Below are positions 17,363 through 27,690 of a stretch of DNA of 51,716 nucleotides, in pieces. Position 1 is the stretch's first letter, and the number at the start of each line of letters is the position of its first letter. The stretch is from positions 1-51,716 of the forward strand of contig JAGDCC010000034.1 of assembly GCA_017958745.1 (NCBI GenBank), written 5' to 3'. Origin of the DNA: a bacterium (lineage in GTDB: Bacteria > Patescibacteriota > Dojkabacteria > SC72). A program made the position numbers and the translations under genes. The notes beneath the pieces are model-generated. The model saw nothing but the letters and a program-made list of their open reading frames with translations, was not told the DNA's origin and searched no databases.

Positions 17363-17791
17363 ATGAAGAGATGTTATATAGATGGCTGTGTATTTTGCAA
17401 AATATTAAATGGAGAGATACCTAGCTACAAAATTTTTGAGGATGATTTCTTCTGCGCTATCTTAGATATAAATCCAATTAGTAAAGGGCATGTGTTAGTT
17501 TTCCCAAAGGAGCATTATGTGGATATTATGGATATACCAGATAATATTCAGTCTAGAATGTATATTCTAGTAAAAAAACTTACTGCGCATATAGATCATG
17601 TATATAATCCAGAAGGTTTTGTTATTAACCAAAATAATGGTGAGGCTGCTGGACAATGTGTTCCGCATATACATGTGCATATAAAACCTATTTATAAGGA
17701 CACAGAGATACCAGAGGAGGAGAGTTATAGACACCAATATTCTGATGAAGAGATGAAAAAAATATATGAAGATTTGGCTTTAGTAGAATAA
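17363..17791 (+). CDS. HIT-family (histidine triad) nucleotide hydrolase/transferase
   Basis: CVFCKILNGEIPSYKIFEDD, GHVLVFPKEH and the histidine triad VPHIHVHIKP. Confidence 0.85.
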   Translation: MKRCYIDGCVFCKILNGEIPSYKIFEDDFFCAILDINPISKGHVLVFPKEHYVDIMDIPDNIQSRMYILVKKLTAHIDHVYNPEGFVINQNNGEAAGQCVPHIHVHIKPIYKDTEIPEEESYRHQYSDEEMKKIYEDLALVE

Positions 17792-17876
17792 TTTAATTAC
17801 AATTTGTTTTATTCTATTGGGTCATTTGCTATAATGAGAAACTGTCTATTTTATTTAAATTCTAATTTTTATAATA

Positions 17877-18821
17877 ATGTCTAGAAGGAGTAAAAGAAAA
17901 AATTCCAAGAAGAGAGAAGAGATAGAAGAAGAGGTTATAGAAGAGGAGGCTATTGATGAGGTTAGTGAGGAAGAGGAGGAAGTAGATGATAGTGTAGAAG
18001 AAGAGATAGAAGAGGAGGATGAAAAGAAAGAAGATGATGCTGAGGAGGAAGAAGAAGAGGAGAAGGAAAGTGATGTGAAGGAGATAACAATAGATATGAG
18101 TACATGGGGTATTCCTATTGCGATTATTATTGCAGGCATTATTATCGCATTAGCTGTGTATTTCTCTAATAAATCTAGAACGGATACATCTAGTACATAC
18201 AATAATTCTGGTACACAAACAGTAGATAATAACAATAATGATAGTGGAAATAAGGATAATGGTTCTTTATCCATTAATATAGATGGAGATCCATATCTTG
18301 GAACTCTTGAGAATGGAAAAGTTGCAATGGTGGAGTTTACAGATCCATTCTGTGGATATTGCAAGAGATTTCATACACAAACATTTGATAGTATAAAGAA
18401 GGATTATATTGATACAGGTAAAATAATTTATGTATACAAGGAGTTCCCATTGACAAATGATAAGGAATCTCTTAGATATCATTTGGTAGAAGGTGGTGAG
18501 TGTGTTTACCGTCTTACAAACAATACAGAAGCATTTGTTAAGTTCCATGGAGGTGCTTTTGATGTAGAGTCTGAGGATGGAATGAGAACATTAGCTGAAT
18601 CTACAGGTGTAGATATGACAGCATTTAATGAATGTATCAGTAATCATACATACGCTTCTGAAGTTTCTAAAGATTCTGAAGAGGGTCAGAATCTTGGTAT
18701 TTCTGGTACACCGTCTTTCTTGATTGGAAAGGTAGATGCTAATGGAAAGATTACAGGAACAGTAACTGTTGGTGCTTTATCTTATTCCTCTTTCCAAAGT
18801 AAGTTGGATGCGCTATTATAA
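17877..18821 (+). CDS. Membrane-anchored DsbA-like thiol:disulfide oxidoreductase with a strongly acidic N-terminal tail
   Basis: About 70 N-terminal residues are mostly Glu/Asp, followed by a TM helix (GIPIAIIIAGIIIALAVYF) and the thioredoxin-fold active site FTDPFCGYCKRFH. Confidence 0.8.
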   Translation: MSRRSKRKNSKKREEIEEEVIEEEAIDEVSEEEEEVDDSVEEEIEEEDEKKEDDAEEEEEEEKESDVKEITIDMSTWGIPIAIIIAGIIIALAVYFSNKSRTDTSSTYNNSGTQTVDNNNNDSGNKDNGSLSINIDGDPYLGTLENGKVAMVEFTDPFCGYCKRFHTQTFDSIKKDYIDTGKIIYVYKEFPLTNDKESLRYHLVEGGECVYRLTNNTEAFVKFHGGAFDVESEDGMRTLAESTGVDMTAFNECISNHTYASEVSKDSEEGQNLGISGTPSFLIGKVDANGKITGTVTVGALSYSSFQSKLDALL

Positions 18822-18841
18822 TAGAGAACGGCACTAAAAAA

Positions 18842-18875
18842 GGAGAGTGGGTAGCAATACCCACTTTTCTTTTTT
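18842..18875. terminator. Bidirectional rho-independent terminator between the convergent DsbA-like gene and proS
   Basis: AGTGGGTA - GCAA - TACCCACT (8 bp, extendable with G-U/A-U pairs), flanked by AAAAAA upstream and TTTCTTTTTT downstream. Confidence 0.7.
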
Positions 18876-18898
18876 ATATAGATACTTTATAAATTGAA

Positions 18899-20329
18899 TT
18901 AATACTGTATTCCCCAAACTACATGATACTTTGCTGGTTTGCCACAACAGACACATTTACCATCAATAAGAGGTTCATCTTCTAGAATACATCTTGCTTT
19001 ACATCCTTTAATCTCTTTAATTCTTTCTTCGCAATGCTGATCTCCACACCAATCTCCATGTATAAATCCAGGATGCTCATTTAGAATCTTTTCCATATCT
19101 TCTAAATTGTGTGCAGTAAATGTGAGCTTATCTCTTCTCTCTACAGCTCTGTTGTACATATCCTGCTGTATTGTTTCTAGTAAGTTTGTTATGTATTTAA
19201 TAATGTCTGTGTTCATATCTACGGATATCTTTTCTCTTGTATCTCTTCTAACGAGAGTTAGAGTGTTGTTCTTAATATCTCTTTCTCCAATCTCTATTCT
19301 TACAGGAATACCAAGGACCTCCGCTTCTGCAAATTTAAATCCAGGAGTCTTATCTGTTCTATCTACCTTAACAGAAATGGATTGCTCTCTAAGTTTAGTC
19401 TCCAATTCTTCTACCTTATTGTTAACAACATCGCTGTTACCAATAGGAATAATAATAACCTTTGTAGGAGCAATTCTAGGTGGTAGAACAAGTCCAAAGT
19501 CATCACTATGTACCATAATGAGAGCTCCAATCATACGAGTGGTTGTACCCCAAGATGTCTGGTATACATACTCAAGTTTATTTTCTTTATTCAAGAATTT
19601 AACATCATAAGCCTTAGAGAATTTTTGTCCAAAAAAGTGGCTTGTACCAACCTGTAAACATACACCATTGTACATTAAGTCTTCGTTGGTTAGAGTGTAC
19701 TCTGCACCAGCAAATTTTTCTTTTTCTGTCTTTTTTCCTGTGATAGATGGAATTGCTAATATCTCATGATGGAACCATCTATATACTTCCATCATGAGAT
19801 CTGTTTCTTCTTCTGCTTCCTTTTTTGTAGCATGTATTGTGTGTCCTTCTTGCCACAAGAATTCTCTACTTCTAAGAAATGGTCTTGTCTCTTTCTCCCA
19901 TCTTAATACATTACACCATTGGTTATATAACATAGGTAAATCTCTGTATGACTTTACAGCATCTTTATAATAATCCGAAAAAAGAGTCTCACTAGTTGGT
20001 CTAACACAGAATCTCTCGTCTAATTCTTTCGAACCACCCTCTGTCACCCAAGCGACTTCTGGAGCAAAACCTTCTACTAATTCACTTTCTTTTCTTAATA
20101 ATCCCTCTGGAATTAACAATGGCATTGAAACGTTCTGGTGCCCAAGCTCTTTAAACTTCTCATCTAGAATTTTCTGCATATTCTCCCAAATAGCGTATCC
20201 ATTAGGTAATATTGCGATGCATCCTTTAACACCTGTGTAACTAGATAGATGTGCGGCATTAACAACATCTGTATACCACTGTGCGAAATCTACATCTCTA
20301 GAAGTTATTTCTTTATTATCCTTTTCCAT
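18899..20329 (-). CDS. proS: Prolyl-tRNA synthetase, archaeal/eukaryote-like architecture (no INS editing domain, C-terminal Cys-rich domain ending in Tyr)
   Basis: 476 aa with class II motifs (FCVRPTSETLF, WGTTTRMIGALIMVHSDDFGLVLPPRIAP) and a C-terminal GDWCGDQHCEERIK...CVCCGKPAKYHVVWGIQY. Confidence 0.93.
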   Translation of the reverse strand: MEKDNKEITSRDVDFAQWYTDVVNAAHLSSYTGVKGCIAILPNGYAIWENMQKILDEKFKELGHQNVSMPLLIPEGLLRKESELVEGFAPEVAWVTEGGSKELDERFCVRPTSETLFSDYYKDAVKSYRDLPMLYNQWCNVLRWEKETRPFLRSREFLWQEGHTIHATKKEAEEETDLMMEVYRWFHHEILAIPSITGKKTEKEKFAGAEYTLTNEDLMYNGVCLQVGTSHFFGQKFSKAYDVKFLNKENKLEYVYQTSWGTTTRMIGALIMVHSDDFGLVLPPRIAPTKVIIIPIGNSDVVNNKVEELETKLREQSISVKVDRTDKTPGFKFAEAEVLGIPVRIEIGERDIKNNTLTLVRRDTREKISVDMNTDIIKYITNLLETIQQDMYNRAVERRDKLTFTAHNLEDMEKILNEHPGFIHGDWCGDQHCEERIKEIKGCKARCILEDEPLIDGKCVCCGKPAKYHVVWGIQY

Positions 20330-20418
20330 GGTTGATATTGTACCATAAATGAATGTAAATGGTATATAATAACGTTGTTCCTTACAAATTGAAAATTATT
20401 CATCCATGGAGGTGCAGA

Positions 20419-20898
20419 ATGAATAATGTAAACATAACGATGTTTAAAGATCCAAGAAACTTGGATTTTATTAGTGGTTTTATCGGTAAGTCAAATGGAG
20501 CAGTATTGTCTTATGAGTCCAAAATGGACGATGAGTTCGAGTTTCATTTTGATATAAATAATGGGTTATTTGATGTATCTGTTTGTAGAAAAGCACTGTC
20601 TTTCCAAGTTCAAACAAATTACTTGTCGGAGAAATTACCGAACTACGATAAGGTCTATTTTGATATCTTTCGCAGTATTTCCTCCACTTGGAGTTATAAG
20701 GCATATGGTTGTCGGAAGAACTCTAATGGTAAATATGATTGTAGTTTGTTAGATTTGAAAACACTGCTTGGAGAAGATAGTGAGAAGGTTGCTGTTTCTA
20801 GCAAATCATTGACTCTTCCTACGGGGAAGTTAGAGTGGCTGATTACTACGAACTATATAGCACAATTTTTGCTTTTAGATTTTGTAGCAACCTATTAA
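20419..20898 (+). CDS. Hypothetical protein (159 aa from ATG 20419; the track ORF begins at 20359)
   Basis: GGAGG (20408..20412) lies 6 nt upstream of ATG 20419. The track start at 20359 falls inside a TGGTATATAAT promoter-like element. I recognised no family. Confidence 0.5.
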   Translation: MNNVNITMFKDPRNLDFISGFIGKSNGAVLSYESKMDDEFEFHFDINNGLFDVSVCRKALSFQVQTNYLSEKLPNYDKVYFDIFRSISSTWSYKAYGCRKNSNGKYDCSLLDLKTLLGEDSEKVAVSSKSLTLPTGKLEWLITTNYIAQFLLLDFVATY

Positions 20899-20914
20899 AA
20901 TTTGTATGGAACAC

Positions 20915-20973
20915 AACCTATCCTATTTGTTGATTTATATCTCTAAAATAGGGTAGGTTCTCTTATTTTTTTT
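20915..20973 (+). terminator. Hairpin plus T-tract after the 20419 ORF
   Basis: AACCTATCCTATTT / AAATAGGGTAGGTT (14 bp, one G-U pair), a 17-nt loop, then CTCTTATTTTTTTT. Confidence 0.55.
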
Positions 20974-21032
20974 ATTAATCTGGTAATTAATGAATATTTC
21001 TATATTTAATAATTTATTGTATACTCACAAAT

Positions 21033-22061
21033 ATGGAATATACGTTTGATAAATTAAAACAAATAAAGCAATCTCTGGAAAAAGATAAGACTTTGTCTGC
21101 ATCTGAGATTAAGAAAAAGTATCTAAATAAGGATGGTGTTTTATCTGAGGCATTTAAAGAAATTGCAAGTGTAGAGAAAGATAATAAAGCTGAATTTGGA
21201 ACACAAATTAATTCTTTAAAAAAAGAGATTTTAGATATATTGGAAGAGAAGAAACAGGAGATGGTTAATTATTCTACGACAGAAAGAATAGACCCAACTG
21301 CACCTTTTGATGTTAACTGTTCTAAAGATTTCTTACATGTATTGGATAATAAAGGAACTAAGCATCCAATAGAACAAGAAATAGAAAAACTCACGGATAT
21401 ATTTAAAGCAATGGGTTTTGCTGTAATGGAAAGTAAGCAGTTGGATGATGACTATCATATGTTTGAGTCTTTGAATTTTCCTAAGGGACACCCAGCAAGA
21501 GATATGTATGATACTTTTTGGACTACAGATAACTATGTATTACCTGCACACACATCTACAATGCAGAATAGAGCTTTAAAGGAGTTTTCTATTCCAATTG
21601 CTGTTGTATTACCTGGAAGATGCTTTAGAAATGAAGCAACAGATGCAGGTCACGAGCATACATTCCACCAGATAGAAGGAGTTTATGTAGATGAGGGAAT
21701 ATCTCTTGGAAATATGGAAGCTGTTATTAAATCTTTCTTGGAAACATATTTGGAAACAAAGCTAGAAGTGAGAGTACAACCATCTTATTTCCCATTCACA
21801 GAGCCAGATTGTGAATTCATCATCAGTTGTCCATTCTGTCATAAAGAAGGATGTTCTATCTGTGGACATTCTGGTTGGATAGAAATAATGGGTTGTGGAA
21901 TGATACATCCAAATGTATTGAGGGAAGCAGGTATAGATAGTACTAAGTATTCTGGTTTCGCATGGGGCTTTGGAGTAGATAGACTTACAATGATTAAACG
22001 TGGAATTACAGATATTAGATATATAAGAAACGCAGATCTTAACTTCTTAACACAATTTTAA
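21033..22061 (+). CDS. pheS: Phenylalanyl-tRNA synthetase alpha subunit
   Basis: HPARDMYDTFW, FRNEATDAGHEHTFHQIEG, FPFTEPD and GFAWGFGVDRL. Confidence 0.95.
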   Translation: MEYTFDKLKQIKQSLEKDKTLSASEIKKKYLNKDGVLSEAFKEIASVEKDNKAEFGTQINSLKKEILDILEEKKQEMVNYSTTERIDPTAPFDVNCSKDFLHVLDNKGTKHPIEQEIEKLTDIFKAMGFAVMESKQLDDDYHMFESLNFPKGHPARDMYDTFWTTDNYVLPAHTSTMQNRALKEFSIPIAVVLPGRCFRNEATDAGHEHTFHQIEGVYVDEGISLGNMEAVIKSFLETYLETKLEVRVQPSYFPFTEPDCEFIISCPFCHKEGCSICGHSGWIEIMGCGMIHPNVLREAGIDSTKYSGFAWGFGVDRLTMIKRGITDIRYIRNADLNFLTQF

Positions 22062-22063
22062 TT

Positions 22064-24565
22064 ATGAGGATATCTTATAAATTACTAAAAGAATATGGAA
22101 ATATAAATGCAACGAAAGAGGAAGTTGTTTCTCTAATAGAAAAGCATATCTGCGAAGTAGAGGGTTACAGGGATTTAGCAGAGGATTACAAAGGTATTGT
22201 TGTTGCACAAATAGTGTCTAAGAAGGATCATCCAAATTCGCAGAAGCTTGGTGTTTATGAAGTTATAACAGAAGAAAATGGTGAGAAGATACAGGTTTGT
22301 GCTGGAGATAAGAAGTTAAATGTAGGAGATAAAGTTGCATTTCTTACAGTTGGTTCTAAAGTTCCTTGTACGATAGAGACTGAGCCAGAGCCAGTTGTTA
22401 TACAGAAAGCTAGCCTAGGTGGAGAAGAATCTAATGGAATGATGGGTTCTCAGAGAGAGCTTAACATTGGAACAGATAATACTGGTGTGTATGTTCTTCC
22501 AGAAGATGCTACTGTTGGTACTCCATTTGCAGAGTATTATGGTTTAGATGATTTGGTAATAGATATAGAGAACAAAGAGATTACAAATAGGGGAGATTTG
22601 TTTGGATTAATTGGTGTGTCTAGAGAGTTAACTGCAGTTACTGGAAATAAGTTTGTAAGTCCAGATTGGTTTTTAGATAGAGTTAATGATATTAAACCAG
22701 AAACTGAGAGTCTGAATCTTAGTGTTACAAATGATGCAGAAGTGTTATGTCCAAGATATATGGCAGTTGCAATGAGTAATGTTGAGATAAAAGAGTCTCC
22801 TATTTGGCTAAAATCCATATTAATTAAGGAAGATATTAAGCCTATTAACAATATTGTAGATATTACGAACTATGTCGCACTTTTGTTTGGACAGCCAATG
22901 CATGCATTTGATTATGATAAAGTCATTGCAAATGACGATACAACAGAGGATTGTGCAAATATTGTAATTAGAACGGCAAAAGAAGGTGAGAGTATATTGT
23001 GTTTAGATGGAAAGGAGCACGATTTATCTAATAAGACTATTGTTATTGCAAATAATACAAAACCAATGGCAATTGGAGGTATCATCGGTGGTATAGATAC
23101 AGAGATTGATAATAATACAAAGAACATAATATTTGAGGCTGCTAATTTTGATAAAACTTCAATAAGAAAATCATCTATGGAGTTAGGGATTAATACAGAT
23201 TCTTCTACAATAAATAAACATGCATTAGATCCAGAAAATACACTTCCTGCTATAAAGTATGCAATAAAGCTAGCTAAAGAATTAGCTAATGCACAAATAT
23301 CTTCTAATGCTGTAGATATTTATGAGACAAAAGCAACACAGCAAACGATAACACTAGATATACCTAGATTGAATAGTCATATTGGTACAGAATTAGATAA
23401 GGATACAATTAAAACTATATTAGAAAATCTAGAGTATAGTGTTAAAGATGGTAAAGAAGATACTTTGATTGTTACAGCTCCTTCTTGGAGAAAAGATGTT
23501 GAGATTAGCGAAGATATACATGAAGATATTGCTAGAATTTATGGCTATGGAAATTTAAATATGGTTCTTCCAAAGAAGAGGATTGTACCTGCAGAGGAAA
23601 ACAAAGTCTTTGAAACAAAGAAGAAGATTAGAAATATACTCGCTTTTAATGGTGCTAACGAGACATTAACATATAGTTTTACAAGTTTGGATAATTTCAA
23701 GGCGTGCAATTTGGATGCAGATTTGGCATATAAGATTAAAAATCCTCTTTCTCCAGATTTATCCTTGATGAGAACGACATTACTACAGTCTTTATTGCAA
23801 AAGGCTAAGGAGAATATACAGAGAAACTTCTCTAAGTTTGCACTTTTTGAAATGAACATTGCACATCTTAATAACTACATAGACCAAGATACTAATTTAC
23901 CAAAGGAGGAATGGTTCCTATCTATGGTTATTGTTAATACAAAGAAGCAGGATACATCTGGTAATCCATACTATATGTCCAAACTTTATTTAGAGAAGAT
24001 TCTTAATGGATTGGGGTATACAAATAATCTCACTTATACTCTTTGTGCAGATGCAATAGAACAGGAGTTGGATGCACATATTAAGAATAAGATGTCTTTA
24101 TTGGATGCTAATTCTTCTGCTATTGTTAGTGTCTGTGGTGTAACAATTGGTGTTATTGGTAATATTAAGCAGTCTATTAAGAATAACTTCAAGTTACCAG
24201 AGTACACCTGTGTCTTAGATATTAGTGTAGATAGACTTACGGAGATAGAGCAGGGAGTAAATACATATAGAGAGACTTCTGTGTATCCTCCATTTTCTGT
24301 TGATCTTTGTTTTGAAATGGATAAAAGTATAACTTATGAGACCATTTATAACGAATTATATTCTATAATTAATCGTGGTGACTTAAATGGTAAGGTAGAG
24401 TGTTTAGATATTTACCAAGACAAGGATAATTCTAGTAGGAAAAGAATTACATATAGAATATCTGCAAGTAGCTACAACAAGACTTTAACAGATAAAGAAA
24501 TTTCTTCTGTTGTAAACAAGATCAAAGGTGCTATCGAGCATAAATATAGTGTTATTCTAAAATAG
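22064..24565 (+). CDS. pheT: Phenylalanyl-tRNA synthetase beta subunit
   Basis: 833 aa, 2 nt downstream of pheS. It has an N-terminal tRNA-binding (OB) domain, B3/4 and B5 regions, and a C-terminal anticodon-binding-like domain. Confidence 0.93.
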   Translation: MRISYKLLKEYGNINATKEEVVSLIEKHICEVEGYRDLAEDYKGIVVAQIVSKKDHPNSQKLGVYEVITEENGEKIQVCAGDKKLNVGDKVAFLTVGSKVPCTIETEPEPVVIQKASLGGEESNGMMGSQRELNIGTDNTGVYVLPEDATVGTPFAEYYGLDDLVIDIENKEITNRGDLFGLIGVSRELTAVTGNKFVSPDWFLDRVNDIKPETESLNLSVTNDAEVLCPRYMAVAMSNVEIKESPIWLKSILIKEDIKPINNIVDITNYVALLFGQPMHAFDYDKVIANDDTTEDCANIVIRTAKEGESILCLDGKEHDLSNKTIVIANNTKPMAIGGIIGGIDTEIDNNTKNIIFEAANFDKTSIRKSSMELGINTDSSTINKHALDPENTLPAIKYAIKLAKELANAQISSNAVDIYETKATQQTITLDIPRLNSHIGTELDKDTIKTILENLEYSVKDGKEDTLIVTAPSWRKDVEISEDIHEDIARIYGYGNLNMVLPKKRIVPAEENKVFETKKKIRNILAFNGANETLTYSFTSLDNFKACNLDADLAYKIKNPLSPDLSLMRTTLLQSLLQKAKENIQRNFSKFALFEMNIAHLNNYIDQDTNLPKEEWFLSMVIVNTKKQDTSGNPYYMSKLYLEKILNGLGYTNNLTYTLCADAIEQELDAHIKNKMSLLDANSSAIVSVCGVTIGVIGNIKQSIKNNFKLPEYTCVLDISVDRLTEIEQGVNTYRETSVYPPFSVDLCFEMDKSITYETIYNELYSIINRGDLNGKVECLDIYQDKDNSSRKRITYRISASSYNKTLTDKEISSVVNKIKGAIEHKYSVILK

Positions 24566-24623
24566 GATCAATAGGGATAAAATCTTTATTCTCCGAATTA
24601 ATATATAGAGTATTCTCTAACTA

Positions 24624-27600
24624 TTACTCTGTCGGTGTAGAAGCCGCTATGGAAGCTGTAATTGTCTTAGTTGCTAGCATTTTGTTGCCGTTGTATGCTT
24701 GTGCGGTTATCGAATACGAATGACCATTTACACCAGAGTAAGTAGTAATCCATTCGCCACCTCCTTTATCTGTCGCAGATAAAGTTGCATTCTTAGTACT
24801 ATCGTCATTGTCGACGACAGATATTGTAACTTTATTAGTTCCATCAGGACCATGGACAGCAGCCGTAATACTCATATTGGTTCCTTCTGTAGTTGTATAT
24901 ATATCAATTGTATTCTTTTCTTCTTCTGTTTGTGTAGCAACTTGCACGTTTACAATAACATTTTCCAAATCCATTATGTTATGTACATCTACTGCTTTTA
25001 CGCTTATTTCTAGTGTTTTCTTTGAGTAGTTTGCAGGAATTGTATAGTCAACAGAGAATTTGTTGGTCTTAGAGTTGAATGTAGACTTTGTTGTTATATC
25101 TTTTCCATTTGCAGTTACTGTAAAGCTAGAAATACCATCTAAGTATCTTACACTGCCAGAAATATTAACTTTGTCTCCTGGTTTGTAATTACCTCCAGAA
25201 GAAGGACTTGCTAAGTCTATTACTGGGGCATTGTTCTCTCCTAAAGGTAACTTACATTCTCCACTCTCTGGCATAGAGAATATATAAGGAGAGTTCTCTA
25301 AAGATGTCATATATTTCTCATATGCTTCTTGTTGGTATTGATTTTCTAATTTATTTTTAATGAGTACTGCTTTTGTGGTTAAATCGTAATGCTGTGCAGC
25401 TTCTAGGTTTGTTGATACCAGCTTTGAATCCTTACAAACCTCTATCTCTTCCCTTGTATCATCTTGGGGGCAGGCACCTGTAATACAAACTGATACCTCT
25501 GTCTTTGAACACTTTGTTGTATCCGATGCGGCTGTACCTGTATCTAAACATACTCTCGTTGTTTGTACACCAGCTGGTCTATTGAAAGAAAATTCATTGT
25601 AACTATCTATAACTCTCTTCATGAAAGAGTTGGATACTGTAAGTGCTGTTCCAGATGCCCATGCATTAGGCATTTCTTCATTATTGTTGTTTCCATTCCA
25701 TGAAATAACAACAATACTCTGATTATAAAGTACACCTACTAAATCTTTTGGACCATCTGTAGTACCTGTCTTGCCGCACATCTTGTGTCCATTAACATAG
25801 AAGTAAGAGTTCTCGGATTTGTCGTTATAACCTTGTAGGTCGCAAGCCATCCAGTTAACTAAATATGCTTCTTTTTCATCTATTACACGTGTACCTTCGC
25901 TTTCTTCTACTTCGTAAATAACTTCACCACTAGAATTCGTAATCTTTAGAACAGATGTAAGAGGGTATTGTACACCTCCGTTTGCTAATGCTGCATATGC
26001 ATTGGCAAACTCAACGAGTTTCATTTCTGCTGAACCTAAAGCAATACTTAATCCATAACTTTCTTTATTTGTAATATCTACACCAAGTTTTTGCATTAGT
26101 TGTACATAATTAGAGATGCCTCCTAATTGTAGTGCATATACTGCCGGTACATTCCTAGATAAACCAAGAGCATATCTAGCAGTCATTAGTCCCATATATT
26201 TGCCATCCCAGTCTCTCGGCTTGTAATTACCGAATGATATTTCGTTAATGTCTGGAGTTAACAACCATGGACCAGTATTTGCACTCTGAAATGCATTAAG
26301 ATAAACGAATGGCTTAACAGAAGATCCCATCTGTCTCTCGGATGTTGTTATGTTTACATTTCCATCAACACGTGGGTCATCAATATTCCAGTAATCCTTA
26401 GATCCAACCATAGCTAATATTTGCCCATTCTTTGGATTAATAACAATCATTGCTCCATTGTTTACATTTAGATGGGCATTTCTTTCTACACCGGAAACAA
26501 CTTCTTCTTCAGCAATGGCCTGTAATGTAGAATCGAGAGAAGTTGTAACTTTAAGTCCACCTCTTTCTACTCTATCTGCGCCATATTTATCTATCAGCAA
26601 CTGTTTAACATACAAAACAAAGTGTGGAGCACTTATATCTATCTTTGCGGAAGAATAAACCAATTCCTCATCTTTAGCGGCGGCAACATCTTCTACTGTA
26701 ACACCTGTCAAATCCATATGCTTTTCCATCTGTCCTAAGACATATTCTTGTCTAATTTTTGCCATTTCTGGTTCAGAACCATAAAGTGGGGAGTAAGAAC
26801 CAGGTGCCTGTATTAATCCTGCTATCAATGCACTCTCTGATAAATCTAAATCTCTGGCGTCCTTCCCGAAATATGCTTTGGCAGCAGCTTGTATTCCGTA
26901 ATTGACACCACCAAGTGGAATCTCGTTTAGATACATTTGCAATATTTCATCTTTGGTGAATGTTTGCTCAACCTGCATTGTGATTAATACTTCTTTTATC
27001 TTTCTAGCATAAGTTTGCTCATAAGCTTCATCGCCAAGCATGTCGAATAGTAAAGTATTTCTTACTAACTGCTGTGTTATTGTACTTGCACCACTTACAA
27101 CACTCTTGTGCATAAGATTTTGTATAAATGCTCTTGCTATACTTATGTAGTCGATACCCTTGTGCTGGTAGAACTCTACATCTTCTGCTGCGAGAACAGC
27201 CCACTTTGTATAATCTGGAATATCATTAATGGATACAAACTCTCTATTCTCATCGCCATATATTGTGTAGAGAATATTTCCATTCCTATCTAATATCTGT
27301 GTACTCTCATCTGATGATCTGCTAATTAATTCATCTGGAGAAGGAAGTGAGTTTTGTATTTGTTTAAGATAAATACCTAGTGCAACAAGAACACCACAAC
27401 CCAAGAAGAAGCACATTCCGAAGAATATTAGTAGTATTTTCTTCAATGTTTTGTTCTTCTTTTTCTTTTTACTCTTTACAATCTTTGGGTCATTTTTCCC
27501 TTTCGTATGAGCCACAGCACTACTGTATTGTTTCATAGTTCTATAGCTTCCAAGATCTGCTACTCTAACAGAACCTCCAACTGCTAATCTTCTATTTTTG

Positions 27601-27680
27601 TTGTTCTCGTAAGTCTTTCTGCTGTTGTTAGAGACTCCAAAATTGTAATTCATACTACATATTATGCCATTAATTGGCAC
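24624..27680 (-). CDS. Class A penicillin-binding protein (PBP1A-type transglycosylase/transpeptidase) with a long C-terminal Cys-rich + Ig-like extension
   Basis: GT51 motifs AAEDVEFYQHKGID and GASTITQQLVRN; transpeptidase motifs SSVKPF, SRN and KTGTT. About 330 extra C-terminal residues follow. The real start may be ATG 27653 (MNYNFG). Confidence 0.9.
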   Translation of the reverse strand: MPINGIICSMNYNFGVSNNSRKTYENNKNRRLAVGGSVRVADLGSYRTMKQYSSAVAHTKGKNDPKIVKSKKKKKNKTLKKILLIFFGMCFFLGCGVLVALGIYLKQIQNSLPSPDELISRSSDESTQILDRNGNILYTIYGDENREFVSINDIPDYTKWAVLAAEDVEFYQHKGIDYISIARAFIQNLMHKSVVSGASTITQQLVRNTLLFDMLGDEAYEQTYARKIKEVLITMQVEQTFTKDEILQMYLNEIPLGGVNYGIQAAAKAYFGKDARDLDLSESALIAGLIQAPGSYSPLYGSEPEMAKIRQEYVLGQMEKHMDLTGVTVEDVAAAKDEELVYSSAKIDISAPHFVLYVKQLLIDKYGADRVERGGLKVTTSLDSTLQAIAEEEVVSGVERNAHLNVNNGAMIVINPKNGQILAMVGSKDYWNIDDPRVDGNVNITTSERQMGSSVKPFVYLNAFQSANTGPWLLTPDINEISFGNYKPRDWDGKYMGLMTARYALGLSRNVPAVYALQLGGISNYVQLMQKLGVDITNKESYGLSIALGSAEMKLVEFANAYAALANGGVQYPLTSVLKITNSSGEVIYEVEESEGTRVIDEKEAYLVNWMACDLQGYNDKSENSYFYVNGHKMCGKTGTTDGPKDLVGVLYNQSIVVISWNGNNNNEEMPNAWASGTALTVSNSFMKRVIDSYNEFSFNRPAGVQTTRVCLDTGTAASDTTKCSKTEVSVCITGACPQDDTREEIEVCKDSKLVSTNLEAAQHYDLTTKAVLIKNKLENQYQQEAYEKYMTSLENSPYIFSMPESGECKLPLGENNAPVIDLASPSSGGNYKPGDKVNISGSVRYLDGISSFTVTANGKDITTKSTFNSKTNKFSVDYTIPANYSKKTLEISVKAVDVHNIMDLENVIVNVQVATQTEEEKNTIDIYTTTEGTNMSITAAVHGPDGTNKVTISVVDNDDSTKNATLSATDKGGGEWITTYSGVNGHSYSITAQAYNGNKMLATKTITASIAASTPTE

Positions 27681-27690
27681 AATTTCAAGA

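Noticed and set aside
20359-20418. Track start codon of the 20359..20898 ORF.
   Set aside because: ATG 20359 lies inside the TGGTATATAAT promoter-like element and has no SD. ATG 20419 has GGAGG at ideal spacing, so I call the shorter ORF.
20899-21032. pheS leader attenuator, T-box or pheM-like leader peptide upstream of pheST.
   Set aside because: The gap is only 134 nt. The small ORF spanning the hairpin (MEHNLSYLLIYISKIG from 20906) has no Phe codon run. The hairpin/T-tract lies upstream of the -10-like TATACT of pheS, so it is more simply the terminator of the preceding gene.
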